Source of the DNA: the human T2T-CHM13v2.0 reference genome, Homo sapiens
Length of the DNA: 64,000 nt
Strand: one strand, 5' to 3'
NCBI RefSeq assembly: GCF_009914755.1
Contig: NC_060931.1
In this document: positions 22,877-44,137 of the stretch, piece by piece
Layout: each line of letters opens with the position of its first letter
Numbering within the stretch: position 1 is the first letter of the stretch
Notes under the pieces: model-generated
Databases searched by the model: none
Told to the model about the DNA's origin: nothing
The model's input: the letters and a program-made list of their open reading frames with translations, nothing else
Position numbers and translations under genes: made by a program

Positions 22877-23104
22877 TTACAGAAATACGTCTGGTAAACA
22901 GCTGGATGTTGTCAGATGTTCAAGATCCTCTCAGCAGGATTCAAGATACAGATTTATAAGTTATAGGGGATTTCTCCAAGCAGGGTAAGGAGGAAGAGCT
23001 TGAAATGACAACATAGTAAACAGCACTCAGAAAGGAAGGAACAAGACTGAGAGCGTGTAGTAGGGAAAAATAGGAGTAGAGAAACTTGAATGAGAGAGTG
23101 GTGA

Positions 23105-23392
23105 GGCTGGGTATGGCGGATCTTGCCTGTAATCGCAGCACTTAGGAAGGCTGAGGTGGGAGGATCACTTGAGCCACTAAGTTTGAGACCAGCCTGGGTA
23201 GCATAGCAAGACCCCATCTCTACAAAAAATACAAAAAAGTATCTGCTGTGGTGATGTGCACTTGTGGTCCCAGCTACTCGGGAGGCTATGCCGGGAGAAT
23301 CACTTGAGTCCAGGAGTTCGAGTCTGCAGTGAACTATGATTGAATCACTGCACTCCAGCCTTGGTCACACAGGAAGAACCTGCCTTAAAAGA
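23105..23392 (+). mobile_element. AluJ
   Basis: Full dimer. Confidence 0.9.
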
Positions 23393-23663
23393 AAAAGAAG
23401 GAAGAAAGGAAGGAAAGAAGGAAGGAAGGAAGGAAAGAAGGAAGGAAGGAAGGGGAAGGAAGGAAGGAAAAAGAAAGGAAAGGGAAGGAAGGAGAGAGGG
23501 AAGGAAGGAAGAAAGAAACGAAGAAAGGAAGGAAGGAGGGAGGGAGGGAGGGAAGAAAGGGAGGGAGGGAAGGAAGGAAGGAAGAAAGAAAGAAACAGGG
23601 AAAGGAAAGGAAAGAAAGAAGGAAGGGAGGGAGGAAGGAAGGAAGGAAGGAAGGGAAGAAAAG
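23393..23663. repeat. (GGAA/GAAA/GGGA)n polypurine tract
   Basis: About 270 bp almost purely purine, grown from the Alu tail. Confidence 0.95.
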
Positions 23664-23905
23664 GAGTGGTGAAAGGTAACAAAATCCTTGGAGAGATCTA
23701 ATCTACAGACAGTGAGAAAGGATATTGGTGGCTAAGGCAGGCCATGTCACTGTTGAGATAAAGACCATGGCCACAGACTGAAGGATAGATAACAGTAATT
23801 CAGAGAATGATATTAAGAAGCTAGCTAATGGTGGTAACTAACCTTTAGGCTAATGGCTTGAAAGTCAGGAAGGGTTGAGAATAGGAATTTTCAAAAAGGA
23901 AAAGT

Positions 23906-24204
23906 AGCTGGGTGCGGTAGCTCACACCTGTAATCCTAACACCAGAAGAGGCCAAGGCGGATGGATCGTTTGAGCCCGGGAGTTTGAGACCAGGCTGGGC
24001 AACATGATGAAACCCTGTCTCTACAAAACATGCAAAAATTAGCCGGGCATGGTGGCACACACTGTGGTCCCAGCTACTCAGGAGGCTGAGGTGGGAGGAT
24101 CACTTGAGCTTGGGAGATCGAGGTTGCAGTGAGCTGAAATCGTGCCACTGCACTCCAGCCCAGGCAACAGAGTGAGACCCTGTCTCAAGAAAAAAATAAA
24201 AAAA
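23906..24204 (+). mobile_element. AluJ
   Basis: Full dimer. Confidence 0.9.
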
Positions 24205-24492
24205 GTGACTGGCCTTACTGTTGAAACCTTCCCAATGCCATCGGGTGGGAATTTTGACAAAATCATTATTTTTCTTGGGTAAAACTGCTCAAATGCTGGT
24301 AATAAGTGGAGAAAGCTTCTCAATATACATCTCCCATTTCTGTCTGCTTAAAGTGTCATGTCGTGTCGTGTTATGTGACATTATGTGTAATATCTGTGAG
24401 CATTGAAATACCTGGAGTGTTGAGTACTCTCTGAAAAAAATTAATTATGCAGAGAAATGGCCTTTCTCACTAAAGAAAATCAGTGTAGGTGA

Positions 24493-24782
<290 letters not shown>

Positions 24783-24789
24783 AAATTTG

Positions 24790-24995
24790 GCTTCTTGACT
24801 TTTGTGGCCACCAAAGCCTCTGCCTCTTACTAGTCATGTGACAATGGGCTAGCTACTTATTCTCTCTGAGTCTCAGTACTCTTATTTATAAAACAGCAAG
24901 AATATCACATTATGAGGATGTTTCTGTTGACACGCATTGTGCACCATTAATTTTCTTGGAGCCTGGCAGAGTTAGGCACTCAATAAATGTTAGCT
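24790..24995 (+). mobile_element. MIR
   Basis: CTTACTAGTCATGTGAC...CTCTCTGAGTCTCAGT...CACTCAATAAATGTTAGCT. Confidence 0.75.
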
Positions 24996-25721
24996 CCCTC
25001 TTCCCCATCCCCTACCTGCATTTGATTACCAAGCATTTGATTACTTTGGCCTGAGCGAACTCCCTTAACAAATGTTTCCACCTTAGATTAAAATTAATTC
25101 AAAGACAGGGACGGGCAACACATCCTGTAAGGGACTAAGAAAATGGCATTAATTTTGCAAATTAATAAATATGCAAATGGCAGCTTTGCATAGACTAGGC
25201 TATATAAGCAGGAGTTAAATTGTGCTGTAAATTATGCAGTGCCATATGGAGCAGATACCCTTGACTTCGCATGCAAGGCAGAGAAAGCAGAAGCAGCCCT
25301 TGCTGTAATGGCTTCTGAGAGTGAGTGGCATGTTCGTCCAATGGCAAGCCCGGTGCTGAGTCACGCAGCTGACTCTGGAGTGGCAGTGGGAGCCCCATGG
25401 CGAACAGGCTGCAACCCAGTTATTGCTGAGAATAGTCTGGTAAAGAACACTCTGTAGTCACCAAGAGGATGGTCACCCACCAGCTCATGTGAGACAGCCA
25501 CTTGTGCACTGATCGCACCGCTTGGGGGAGGTGGTAGGACGGGAGGGCTCTCTTGGGTTTCCAGAGCCTGAGCTGGTATCGCCACCATTCCAGCTTCAAG
25601 GCAGGTGTGACTGGCCTGGGGACATGTGAGTTGCTGCTAGATTGATACATCAATCACTAAGAAACAAATAGTCTAAGAACGGTCCAGGTGTTCTGCATTT
25701 TGCTAAATAGATGCTGGAGGG

Positions 25722-26250
<529 letters not shown>

Positions 26251-26284
26251 TTTTCAATGTGGCCTCCCCCTCACACTCCTGCAA

Positions 26285-26647
26285 TAAAAGAGGTTTAATT
26301 GGCTTATGGTTCTGCAGGTTGTACAGGAGGCATGGAGCTGGCATCTGCTCAGCTTCTGGGAAGGCCTCAGGAAACTTACAATCATGGTGGAAGGCAAAGG
26401 ATAAGTAGATACTTCACGTGGCTGAAGTAGGAGCAAGAGAGAGAGGGAGGATATGTTACACACTTTTGAAACAACCAGGTCTCAGGAGAACTCTGTCATA
26501 AGAACAGCACTAAAGGGAAGGTGTTAAAGCATTCATGAAGGATCCATCCCCGTGATCCAATCACTTCCCACCAGGCCCCACCTCCAACACTGGGGATTAC
26601 AATTCCACGTGAGATTTGAGTAGGGACAGAGATCCAAACCATATCAC
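26285..26647 (-). mobile_element. MSTA/MSTB MaLR LTR
   Basis: AAAGAGGTTTAATTGGCTTATGGTTCTGCAGG...ATCCAAACCATATCA. Confidence 0.9.
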
Positions 26648-26928
26648 CTGGACTTATACACTTGGCATGATGGAAAACACCCATTCAGAAAACCACACAG
26701 AAAACAACGCCTGCACAACTGTGGCACTTACCACGCAAACTCAACACTGCAGTAGAAGCGTGGGCTTTACGGTTATCACGACGTGCCAATAAATCCTGCG
26801 TTCTTCATGTTCAATGCTGGAACCTTGGACATAATTCCTCAAGTCTTGGTATGTTTAACTGTAAAATGGGAATGATTAAAAAAGACATGATCTCCCAGAG
26901 CAGCTAAGAGGGTTAAAAGAGAAAACAC

Positions 26929-27537
<609 letters not shown>

Positions 27538-28327
27538 TAGGAAACACGTTTAAAGGCAGAAGGGATTTAAGGAAGTAATGAGGTGTTTTAAGTAATTAAG
27601 TAATTAAGACTATGTCCTGAGTCCGATCTGCCTCTCTAAAACATCCACTGAATCCGGCTGCTGTTTCTATCCTCTGAGCCAACCCTTTTCTACTTGGCAG
27701 GGCTTCATATCCTCTCTAAAGCCTGAGATCCTGCCCCTCCGCATCTCATTTCCGGGCTAAACATTTCCATGGATCCATGAGAGCTGGCTGTGTTTGCCAT
27801 CCCTGGAGATATCTCATTTTACAGCTGGGCAAACCCCAGCATGCACAGTTCATGTCTTTGAAAAGTCGTGCCGTTATAGAAATGTCTGGGCAGCAGGTGG
27901 CAAAATGGTGTTGTTATCGGAGCCACATAGATAATCACGCCTTGCTACTAATCATTCTCCATCTCTTTCGCGCTTTGTAATTTACAAGGGCCTTCCACGT
28001 CCATTACCCACCCCCCCACCCTTCCAGCAACCGGTGGGAGGTGATTGAATATGGAGATGCTAGCCATGCCCTTGGACAGCACGCTGTCCTTTTCAAAGCA
28101 CTTCTACTCCCATTATCTCACTGGATCTCCCTCACACCCTCAGAAGATGGAAACTGCGGGAATGATCAGAAGAAGAAACCAGGAAACAGAGCACTTGCTG
28201 GCAAAGATCCCATACAACCAATGACTACATCCAGGCCTGGACTCAGATGCAGCCTCTCCTAACACCGTGTGCTGATTCCTAGACATAAAATCCACTGCCC
28301 CTACCACTCCTTTCCTAAACAAGTGGA

Positions 28328-28825
28328 TTTTTTTTCTTTCTTTCTTTCTTTTTTTTTTTTTTGAGACAGGGTCTCACTCTGTCACCCAGACCGGGTGCAA
28401 TGGCATGATCACGGCTCACTGCAGCCTTGACCTTTCCTGGCCCAAGTGATCCTCCTGCCTCAGCCTCCTAAATAGCTGAGACTACAGGCATGCACCACCA
28501 TATCAGGCAATCTTTTTTTCTTTTTCTCCTTTTTTTTTTTTTTTTGAGGCGGAGTCTCACTCTGTTGCCCAGGCTGGAGTGCGCGGTGCGATCTCAGCTC
28601 ACTGCAACCTCCGCCTCCTGGCTTCAAGCGATTCTCATGCCTCAGCCTTTTGAGTAGCTGGGATTACAGGCACGTGCCACCATGCACAGCTAATTTTTTT
28701 GTATTTTTAGTAGAGATGGGGTTTTGCCATGTTGACAAGGCTGGTTTTGAACTCCTGACCTGAGGTGAACCACCCGCTTCAGCCTCCCAAAGTGCTGGGA
28801 TTACAGGCATGAGCCCCTGCACCAC
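28328..28825 (-). mobile_element. AluJ right arm plus AluS
   Basis: Two adjacent antisense units. Confidence 0.9.
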
Positions 28826-28827
28826 AT

Positions 28828-28965
28828 TCTTCAAGCTATTATAAAATATACACTTAAGTTATTATTGACTATAGTCACCCTATTGTGCTATGCAATACTA
28901 GGTCTTGTTTGTTCTTCTATTTTTTTTTTTTGTAACCATTAACTACTTTCTCTTGCCCCCAACCA
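28828..28965 (-). mobile_element. L1MA 3' fragment
   Basis: TTATTGACTATAGTCACCCTATTGTGCTAT. Confidence 0.75.
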
Positions 28966-29027
28966 AACTTATTTTTGGAAGCTTCATCCTATGATATATA
29001 AAAATGTACCATATCCTGCAATAAACA

Positions 29028-29029
<2 letters not shown>

Positions 29030-29065
<36 letters not shown>

Positions 29066-29075
29066 TACGTATGTA
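29030..29075. repeat. (CA)n microsatellite with alternating purine-pyrimidine extension
   Basis: About 16 CA units followed by CGTGTACGTATGTA. Confidence 0.95.
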
Positions 29076-29121
29076 GGTCAGTGGGTTGCAGTTGGTTTGT
29101 CACCTTAAGATCTGTAAACAA

Positions 29122-29424
29122 GGGCTGGCGTGGTGACTCACACCTGTAATCCCAGTACTTTGGGAGGCCGAGGCGGGTGGATCACCTGAGGTCGGGACTT
29201 CGAGACCAGCCTGACCAACATGGAGAAACCCTGTCTCTACTAAAAATACAAAATTAGCCGGGCGTGGTGGCACACGCCTGTAATCCTAGCTACTTGGGAG
29301 GCTGAGGCAGGAGAATCAACTGGTGGAGGTGGAGGTTGCAGTGAGCCCAGATAGAGCCACTGCCCTCCAGCCTCCAGCCTGGGCAACAAGAGTGAAACTC
29401 CATCTCAACCACAACATCAATAAA
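29122..29424 (+). mobile_element. AluSp-like
   Basis: GACCAACATGGAGAAA; TSD AAGATCTGTAAACA. Confidence 0.9.
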
Positions 29425-29904
29425 AGATCTGTAAACATTTAATTAGACATGCATATTAATGTTTGGCTTTGTAGTTTTCTTCTCACATTTTGGGACCATT
29501 TGGGAAACTGTCTCAGGTGCGGCTATGAGGCTCTACGGGGTTCTTTGTTTTCTGCCAAAGCATTCTGGTGAAATATTTCTCAACATGAGCCTCCGTGTGC
29601 TTTTCCATATGCTTAACGCGATAGCTCAGGATGTCTGCACAAGTGACTTCACTCCTCGGGGACTTTCCCCCTTCTTACATCTGTGTGCCTGAGGCTAGAG
29701 TCTCCCTCCTGAGCTGCTCCCATCTGCATCAGCAGATTGGGAGGCCTGTGGCACGGCTGTCTCCTGAGGTCCTCTTTCATCATCACCCTGGTGAAAGCAT
29801 TCATCTCTCTCTGATGTTAGATTCTTTGTTTTGGGAATCCCAGACCTTCCACTTTCTTAATGCACTCCCTCATTTTAGCAAAACAACATCATATAGGGGA
29901 ATTC

Positions 29905-30015
29905 TCTCTCTGTCTCTCTCTCGCTCGCTCTCTTCTGTTTTTTAGAGATGGGATCTTGCTTTGTTGTCCAGGCTAGTCTCGAACTCCTGGACTCAAGTGA
30001 TCTGCCCACCTTGGT
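29905..30015 (-). mobile_element. Alu left-arm fragment
   Basis: Flanked by TCATATAGGG repeats. Confidence 0.8.
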
Positions 30016-30226
30016 CATATAGGGAAGTCCCGAGAAAGGTGCTTGAAAGTGTGGGAAGTCTTTTCCTTTTATTTTTAGGTGTCTTTTTTTGTTCTCAATA
30101 ATCTCAATAAGATGTATTTGTGTCTGTGTGTGTGTAAGGACGTATTTGTGTCCTTATACACATGGACATAAATATGTCTTCACCCTCTCCCTTCCCAACA
30201 CACACATTAAGAGGTTTGTTTTATAA

Positions 30227-31217
<991 letters not shown>

Positions 31218-31294
31218 TCAAGGCAACGTAGATGACTTTGACTATTGTAAGGCGTATACATGTAAAGGTACGGGAAATAAAGCAGAAAAGTGAA

Positions 31295-32275
<981 letters not shown>

Positions 32276-32371
32276 CATAAAGTCTTCAAGGAGGTAATTA
32301 AGTTTACATGAGGTCATAAGGTTGGAGCTCTAATGGTATCAGGACTTAGTGTCCTTATAAGAAGAAGAAGA

Positions 32372-32677
<306 letters not shown>

Positions 32678-32983
32678 AGCTCTATGCACACAGAGCAAAG
32701 TCCATCTGAGGACAGTCTGCAAGCCGAAGACATAGCCTTGGGAAAAAGCAACCCTACTTGCACCTTGATTTCAGACTTCCAGCCTTCAGAGCTGGGAGAA
32801 ACACATTTCTGTTGTTTAAACCACCCAGTCTGTGGTATTTTGTTACAGCTGTCCTAGCAGAGTAATACAATGAGTATTTTAAGGTTTGTAATCTCACTCT
32901 GTGGTAGTATGTGTTCATCAGCATCTTATCTGATGCTGAGAGAAATTCACTGAAATAGTTAAAAAAATAAACAGAAAAGTAAA

Positions 32984-33286
32984 GGCCTCGCGGTGGCTCA
33001 CATCTGTAAACCCAGCGCTTTGGAAGTCTGAGGCGGGAGAATTGCTTGAGCCCAGCGGGAGTTTGAGACAAGCCTGGGCAACATAGTGAGACCCTGTCTC
33101 TACAAAAATATAATCAAATTAGCCATGTGTGATGGCGGGTGCCTGTAGTCCCATTTACTCAGGAGGCTGATGTGGGGGATCGCTTGAACCCAGGAGGCAG
33201 TGAGTTGTGGTGGTGTGCCATTGCACTCCAGCCTGGGCAACAGAGCAAGGCTCTGTCTCAATCAATCAATCAATCAATCAATCAAG
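32984..33286 (+). mobile_element. AluJ with (TCAA)n tail
   Basis: Dimer with internal deletion. Confidence 0.9.
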
Positions 33287-34009
33287 GGTCCTACTAAGAG
33301 ACATATTTCCAAGAATGATCAGGACCAGCTGAACAGCTCAAAAGCAGCCTCCTGTAAACGCTTTCTTCCCTAGTAGCTGCACAGCTCCCTGGAGTCTTCT
33401 AACCCATAGATCTCACCTGCCTGTCTGGATCTGCTGGGTGAGTGTTCTTTGTGCTGGTGGGTTGCAGCGTTTGTGTCTTCTGCTGTGATGGAGTGATTTG
33501 GGAGCTAGGGAATGCCCGCGTGTCATTGATTTGTCATTTGAAAGTTAAATCACAGACCTGGATGGTGGCCAGGAGTTGGGGCTGGCTCTCCCCTCTTCTT
33601 CCGTTTTACGCACCTGTGTATTGACTGATAAGTTGCAGTGCTCCCTGCTGCATTTCACAAACAATCCGGCAAATCCTCGAGATTTATTTTAACGATTGAT
33701 TAGAAAAGTCAATGTTGTACACAAAGGATTAAAAAAAAGAAATATTTGGAATCTACTTAAGTACCTGTTATCGCAAAGACAGTCTAGACTGCTCCAAATT
33801 TATATGCCACAGACAGGAAGAGAAGGAAAATTTCTTTTTATAAATTGCATAGTCTATAAAACGGAAGGAACATGAACTGGCCTCCAAATGACATTAATCC
33901 TACCCTGTTTCTATCTACTGGTCAATAGAGTGACCTTGATCAATTTGTTTAACCTCCCCAAATCCCAGTTTAGTTATTTATTTTGTTATACTAAAGAAAC
34001 ACATATGGC

Positions 34010-34915
<906 letters not shown>

Positions 34916-35318
34916 CCAAAAAGCTAGACTTTTTTTTATCATTATTAATAAAACCCATCTACAAAAAGAGAGACGCCATTCCAAACTTTCCTGCCTCCAG
35001 TCTTTGTTGTGAGGCAATGCTGAGTCAAGGTCAATGAAATTGCTCTGGAAGCAAAATCACTCTTCGAGTGCCAGCGGTTATTTAAAACATGAGCCCGCCT
35101 CACCAAGTTAAGTAAGGAGGATCTTGATGTAAATCTGGCATTAGGCTTAAAAATTCTAACAGTCTGGTTATTTGGAGATACGCAGAATTTCTTATTGTGT
35201 TTGTACACTCACAGTTTTGAGGAGAACTGGAAAAAGAGATTGAAAGGTTGTGTTTCAGGGAAACCTCTTTTTTTAAATATAGATAAGCAAATGTTAAGTT
35301 GAAAATTATTCTGGCTGG

Positions 35319-35838
35319 GGCCGGGTGCAGTGGCTCACGCCTGTAATCCAAGCACTTTAGGAGGCAGAGGCAGGCGGATCGCCTGAGGTCAGGAGATCAA
35401 GACCAGGCTGGCCAATATGGCGAAACCCTGTCTCTGTTAAAAATACCAAATTTATCCAGGTGGTGGTGGCGGCGGGGGCCTGCAGTCCCAGCTACTCAGG
35501 AGCCTGAGGTAGGAGAATGAATCGCTTGAACCCGAGAGGCAGAGGTTGCGGTGAGCCAAGATCTTGCCACTGCACTGCAGCAGTTTGAGAGGCCGAAGCG
35601 GGCAGATCAATTGAGGTCAGGAGTTCGAGACCAGCCTGGCCAACATGGTGAAACCCCATCTCTACTAAAAATACAAAAATTAGCCGGGAGTGGTGGCACC
35701 TTCCTGTAGACCCAGCTACTCGGGAGGCTGAGGTGCAAGAATCGCTGGAATCGGGAGGCAGAGGCTGCAGAGAGCTGCCATTGCCCACTGCACTCCAGCC
35801 TGGGGGATAGAGCAAGACTCTGTCTCAAAAAAAAAGAA
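35319..35838 (+). mobile_element. Two fused AluS elements
   Basis: First lacks its 3' end (about 35577); second lacks its 5' end. Confidence 0.9.
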
Positions 35839-36000
35839 AGGAAATTGACTTGGACTTTCATCTTTGTTTATCCTGGTTCAGTTCTTATTATATTGCAATC
35901 ATTGTAGTTTGACCTTTGTCACCTGTCACCTTGGTCAGCTGATTTCCAAAAACTGTGAGGATGCCTTGGTGAATGCACAAAGGAAATGCTTCAACTTTGA

Positions 36001-36366
<366 letters not shown>

Positions 36367-36625
36367 TAGTACTTGGGTACATGTAAATAATTTCTAAATA
36401 AAAATATATGTATATTGAAGTGTAATGTGTCTTCTAAAATTTAATGTTATTTTTAACTTATGGCATACACCAACAAAAAGCTTCAAAGGCCAATAACTGA
36501 TTTCCTGTGTCATTCAGTTCTCCAGAGAAAGAGAACTGATAGGATTTATTTATCTCTTTCTTTCTTTCCTAGGGATGAGTATTATGAGAGACAGAGAAAC
36601 AGAGAGAGTGTAAGAAATTGGCTTA

Positions 36626-36955
<330 letters not shown>

Positions 36956-37035
36956 TTATAGGGACTGGCAAGTCCAAAATCTGTAAGGGCAGGCTGGAAG
37001 CTAACTGGGGCAGAATTTGTCTGTTACAGTCTTGA

Positions 37036-37373
<338 letters not shown>

Positions 37374-37477
37374 TCAGTTTTATTCTTAAGGCCTTCAACT
37401 GATTGAAAAAGGCTCTGCCATATGACAGACTTTACTTAAGCCCACTTCACTTAAGTCTACTTTAAAGTCAACGGATT

Positions 37478-37827
<350 letters not shown>

Positions 37828-38249
37828 TTAATCACATCCACAAGACACCTTCACAGAAACACCTAGATTAGTGTTTGATTCCATAAGTGGGTACCACAGC
37901 CTAAGCAGGTTGACACATAAAACTCACCATCACCCTACCCTATTGCCAGGTTCCCTAAATTGGCATCCCAACTCTAGTCTATGCCTATTCTGAGCGCCTT
38001 CCATGCCATTTCCAGGCTCAGCTTACTGAAGGAAATCTCTGGCCAGGTCTCTCCTCTGCTTAACTTCCACCACCCCCAGAAAAAGACCAAGACTGACATC
38101 TGCTCCTTTTTAGACTGTGGTCCAAGCTCTCCCTACCCCTCTCCCCTGGCTTTCTGTCAACATAAACATCTCATTCATGCTCACTCTTGCTCCCTGCTGC
38201 TCTCCATCCCATCGCACCCCCATGCCTAGGCTTTTCTGTTACTGTGCCC

Positions 38250-38676
38250 TGTATTAGGCCATACTCGCTTTGTTATAAAGAAATACCTGAGACCAGGTAA
38301 TTTATAAGAAGAGAGGTTTAATTGGCTTCTGGTTCTGTAGGCGGTATAGGAAGCATGGCGGGATTTGCTTTTGGGAAGGTCTGAGGGAGCTTTCAATAAT
38401 GGCAGGAGGCAAAGGGGGACACAGGCACTTCACATGGCTGGAGAAGGAGCAAGAGCGGGAAGAGGGGGGCGGAAGTGGTGCTACACACTTTCAAACCACC
38501 AGATTTCGAGATAACTCACTCACTATCATGAGAACAGCACCAAGTGGATGGTGTTAAACCATTCATGAGAAATCCACCTCCATGACTCAATCACCTCCCA
38601 CCATGCCCCACCTCCAACTTTTGGAATTACAATTGAAAATGAGATTTGGGTGTTGACACACATCCAAACCATATTA
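38250..38676 (-). mobile_element. MSTA-like MaLR LTR
   Basis: TGTATTAGGCC...ATAAAGAAATACCTGAGAC...CATCCAAACCATAT. Confidence 0.9.
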
Positions 38677-38879
38677 TGGCCCCTGAAAACATGCCATTCC
38701 CATCAGTTGTCACATCTTCTTCTGGCTTTACCTGTCAAAATCCTACACTCTTCAATCAATATGTCCACTCTCCAACCTTATCTTACTCTGAAATGTGCTT
38801 CTTCCACTGTATTTCTGGGGCTCAGTTAATGTATTCCTTCTCCTGGCATCAGCTAGAAATTGCAAATACAAATTATATA

Positions 38880-39180
38880 GATGGCAGAGTGTGAGAAGAT
38901 ATTCCCAATGCCTAAAACAGTCAAGGGAATAATTTCTAGAATATACAAAGAAATCCTGCAAACCAACAACAACAACAAAAAGGACAAAAAAAAAATAGAA
39001 AAATATTTCTATTGCCTAATATATTTCAAGGCAATTCACAGAAGAATGAGCTGTGGTAGGCAAAAAGAATATAGATAAATACTTAAATAAATGAAAAGTA
39101 GAACAGCATTGAGATGGTTCTACATCACTACAGATGGCAAAAATTAAAAAGACAGGTAATACCAAATATTGTATAGGAGG
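38880..39180 (+). mobile_element. Ancient L1M fragment
   Basis: GAGAAGATATT...TCTAGAATATACAAAGAA...GATGGCAAAAATTAAAAAGAC. Confidence 0.65.
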
Positions 39181-39239
39181 TGGCTGACTTCATGTCTTTC
39201 TCTGTCTTTACCTATCACTCTATTGATTTTATTGAATTC

Positions 39240-39837
<598 letters not shown>

Positions 39838-40118
39838 CCATACTTTACAAATGTGACCCTAGCTCAGGCCACTCTCATTTCTTGCCTGAACTACTGAAAT
39901 TGTTTGTCATTTGTTTTTCCTCCGTACAATCTTGCTAGCTAATATAATACTGACAGATTTCTAAGAATATGGCCCACTCCATGACCTGAAAACACTTGGC
40001 TTTCTCTCTGGTGGGAGGGAAGGACATGTGAGCAAATCATTACAATCCTATCCCATGAGAGGCTTGCAATGAGGGAGGGGAGAAGCGTAGTAACTACGGG
40101 AGCAGGGAGGAAGACTAG

Positions 40119-40598
<480 letters not shown>

Positions 40599-40886
40599 TT
40601 TGTATAACTCTTTTACAAATTCTTGGGCAATGATAGACTACTCATAATATTCAACACACACACAAACCATCCTTTCTATTCCCCTTTGATGGACCAACCT
40701 TTACAAACTGCTTTAAATTGAATGTTAATTTGAGTTGGTAAAAAAAAAAAAAGTTCCAGTTTGGATGAAGTTGCATTTAAAATATTTCCAGTTGCCTCCT
40801 GTCACTTCCTTGATAAAGGAGGTAAATAATAATGCAACACACATTACGGTCATGAAATGCCAGCAGTGTGCAATGCATTATACTAA

Positions 40887-41555
<669 letters not shown>

Positions 41556-42740
41556 TAGGAGCTCACAAATTGTCTACTGACTATGATATTAAGAGCAAAT
41601 TTCCCAGCAAAGATGTCAGAGTCTTCTGGAACTAGGCACTGCCTTACCTGTTCAGCTGGCCTGACTCATTCATTCACTTAAACAATATTCATTGAGATGG
41701 GTAGTAAAGACATACATTCAGAACCGACCCCACGCTAGGCCCAGCTCTAAGATGCTCAGGATAAAATAATAATAATAAAAAAAGATTGGATGTGACCCTT
41801 GCCCTACTAGCATGTATAGGAGAAAGAGGCTACCAACCCTAAATAAATGAACAATAATTACAAATTGTGAAAAGCTCTATGAGAGAAACAAGTGGTGTTT
41901 TATGAGAGAGCTTAGAGTGGGGCGCTCAGCTATTCTCCTGGCTGGAATGTTCATTGACCTCTCTCTGCCAGTCTTAACCCCAGACCTCTTTTAACCCATG
42001 GCTGAGTTCCCGGAAGTCTTCCCTGATTACTGCAAGCCCTGCCTGACTCCTAAAACATTTATTATGTGCACCACAAAATACGCATAACTCTTCCAGCCAA
42101 GAAAGCTGCATTGGAGCCTGTGACACATGCTTATCTAGTACACGAGCTACAGAGGTGATCACTGTAGCCACCAGGCCTCCTTTCAGTCATCCATCACGCA
42201 GGCCCTTCCATGCTAACAGAACCAGGCTCATGGGCAAAACAGTGCAATTTCTGGGATCTTTTTGTATACTCTTTTAGCGACGGAGAGAAAGGTCCCATCC
42301 ACCGCAGCCACCCCAAACCCACAATCGCAGTAAGCTGATTGCAAAGTTCAATATCCATCCGTCTAACTTACCCTTTCTTGACCCTAGCTTGACTCATCCT
42401 CACTTGGAGGTAGCCATAAATAATCTTTCTTCCCTTTCCCGCTATCTCTACCTCATGCTGAAGACTTTACTCATGATTAACTCATTTGTAATGGCTCAGT
42501 CATTCCTTGTTGATGCTTGGAATAGGCCGCTTATTTCCCAAAACCCTAACAGACTCTTCTCCTGGAATTATACCTCTTGGATGGGTCTATTTGGCAAGGT
42601 AACGGGCAGTTTCATATGAAGACCATCACACCAGCCAACCATGAATACAGAGTTTGGAGGTGAGAGTGGAGGCGTCTGGAGGGAATTAGTGCTTGAGATG
42701 TTTATTAATTCTAACTTTAAGCATTCCTGTAACGTAATAT

Positions 42741-43732
<992 letters not shown>

Positions 43733-43861
43733 TGAGGAAAATTAGGACACAAGAAGGTAAAAGAAGTTGGCTAAAAGCCAACTCTTATAGGACAGAGTCA
43801 TATGTTTAAGCAAGTGATTTTGAAAGTGTAGGAGGCAGGGTAAAGTGGAAGTTTGCATCGA

Positions 43862-44137
43862 GCTATTGTTCTCTAATGTGAGTGTGCATCAGAATCACGG
43901 GAAAGGCTCCTCACACAGGTTGCTGAGTCCCAGCCCCAGAGTTTCTGGTTCAGTGGGTCCACGATGGAGCCAAGTAATTTGCATTTCTAACAAATGCTAA
44001 GGTACAAAAAGCTCACTATAATAATAATAATAACAATAAGTGGTATTTCTCAAGCCCTTACTAAAGTGATACTGGCCTAATATGTGCCCAGATGATATTG
44101 CTTCTGGTCCAGGGACCACACTTTGAGAAGCACTGGC
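43862..44137. mobile_element. MER5A with an ~90-bp foreign insertion
   Basis: GTGCATCAGAATCAC...ATTTGCATTTCTAACAA [insert] GGTCCAGGGACCACACTTTGAGAA. Confidence 0.85.

Noticed and set aside
23336-23701. K/E/G/R-rich ORFs
   Set aside because: They are translations of the GGAA microsatellite.
25201-25208. TATATAAG TATA-like box
   Set aside because: No CpG island or other promoter evidence; too common on its own.
27888-27904. CTCF-like GCAGCAGGTGGCAA
   Set aside because: It lacks the 5' CC of the core and is equally explained as an E-box.
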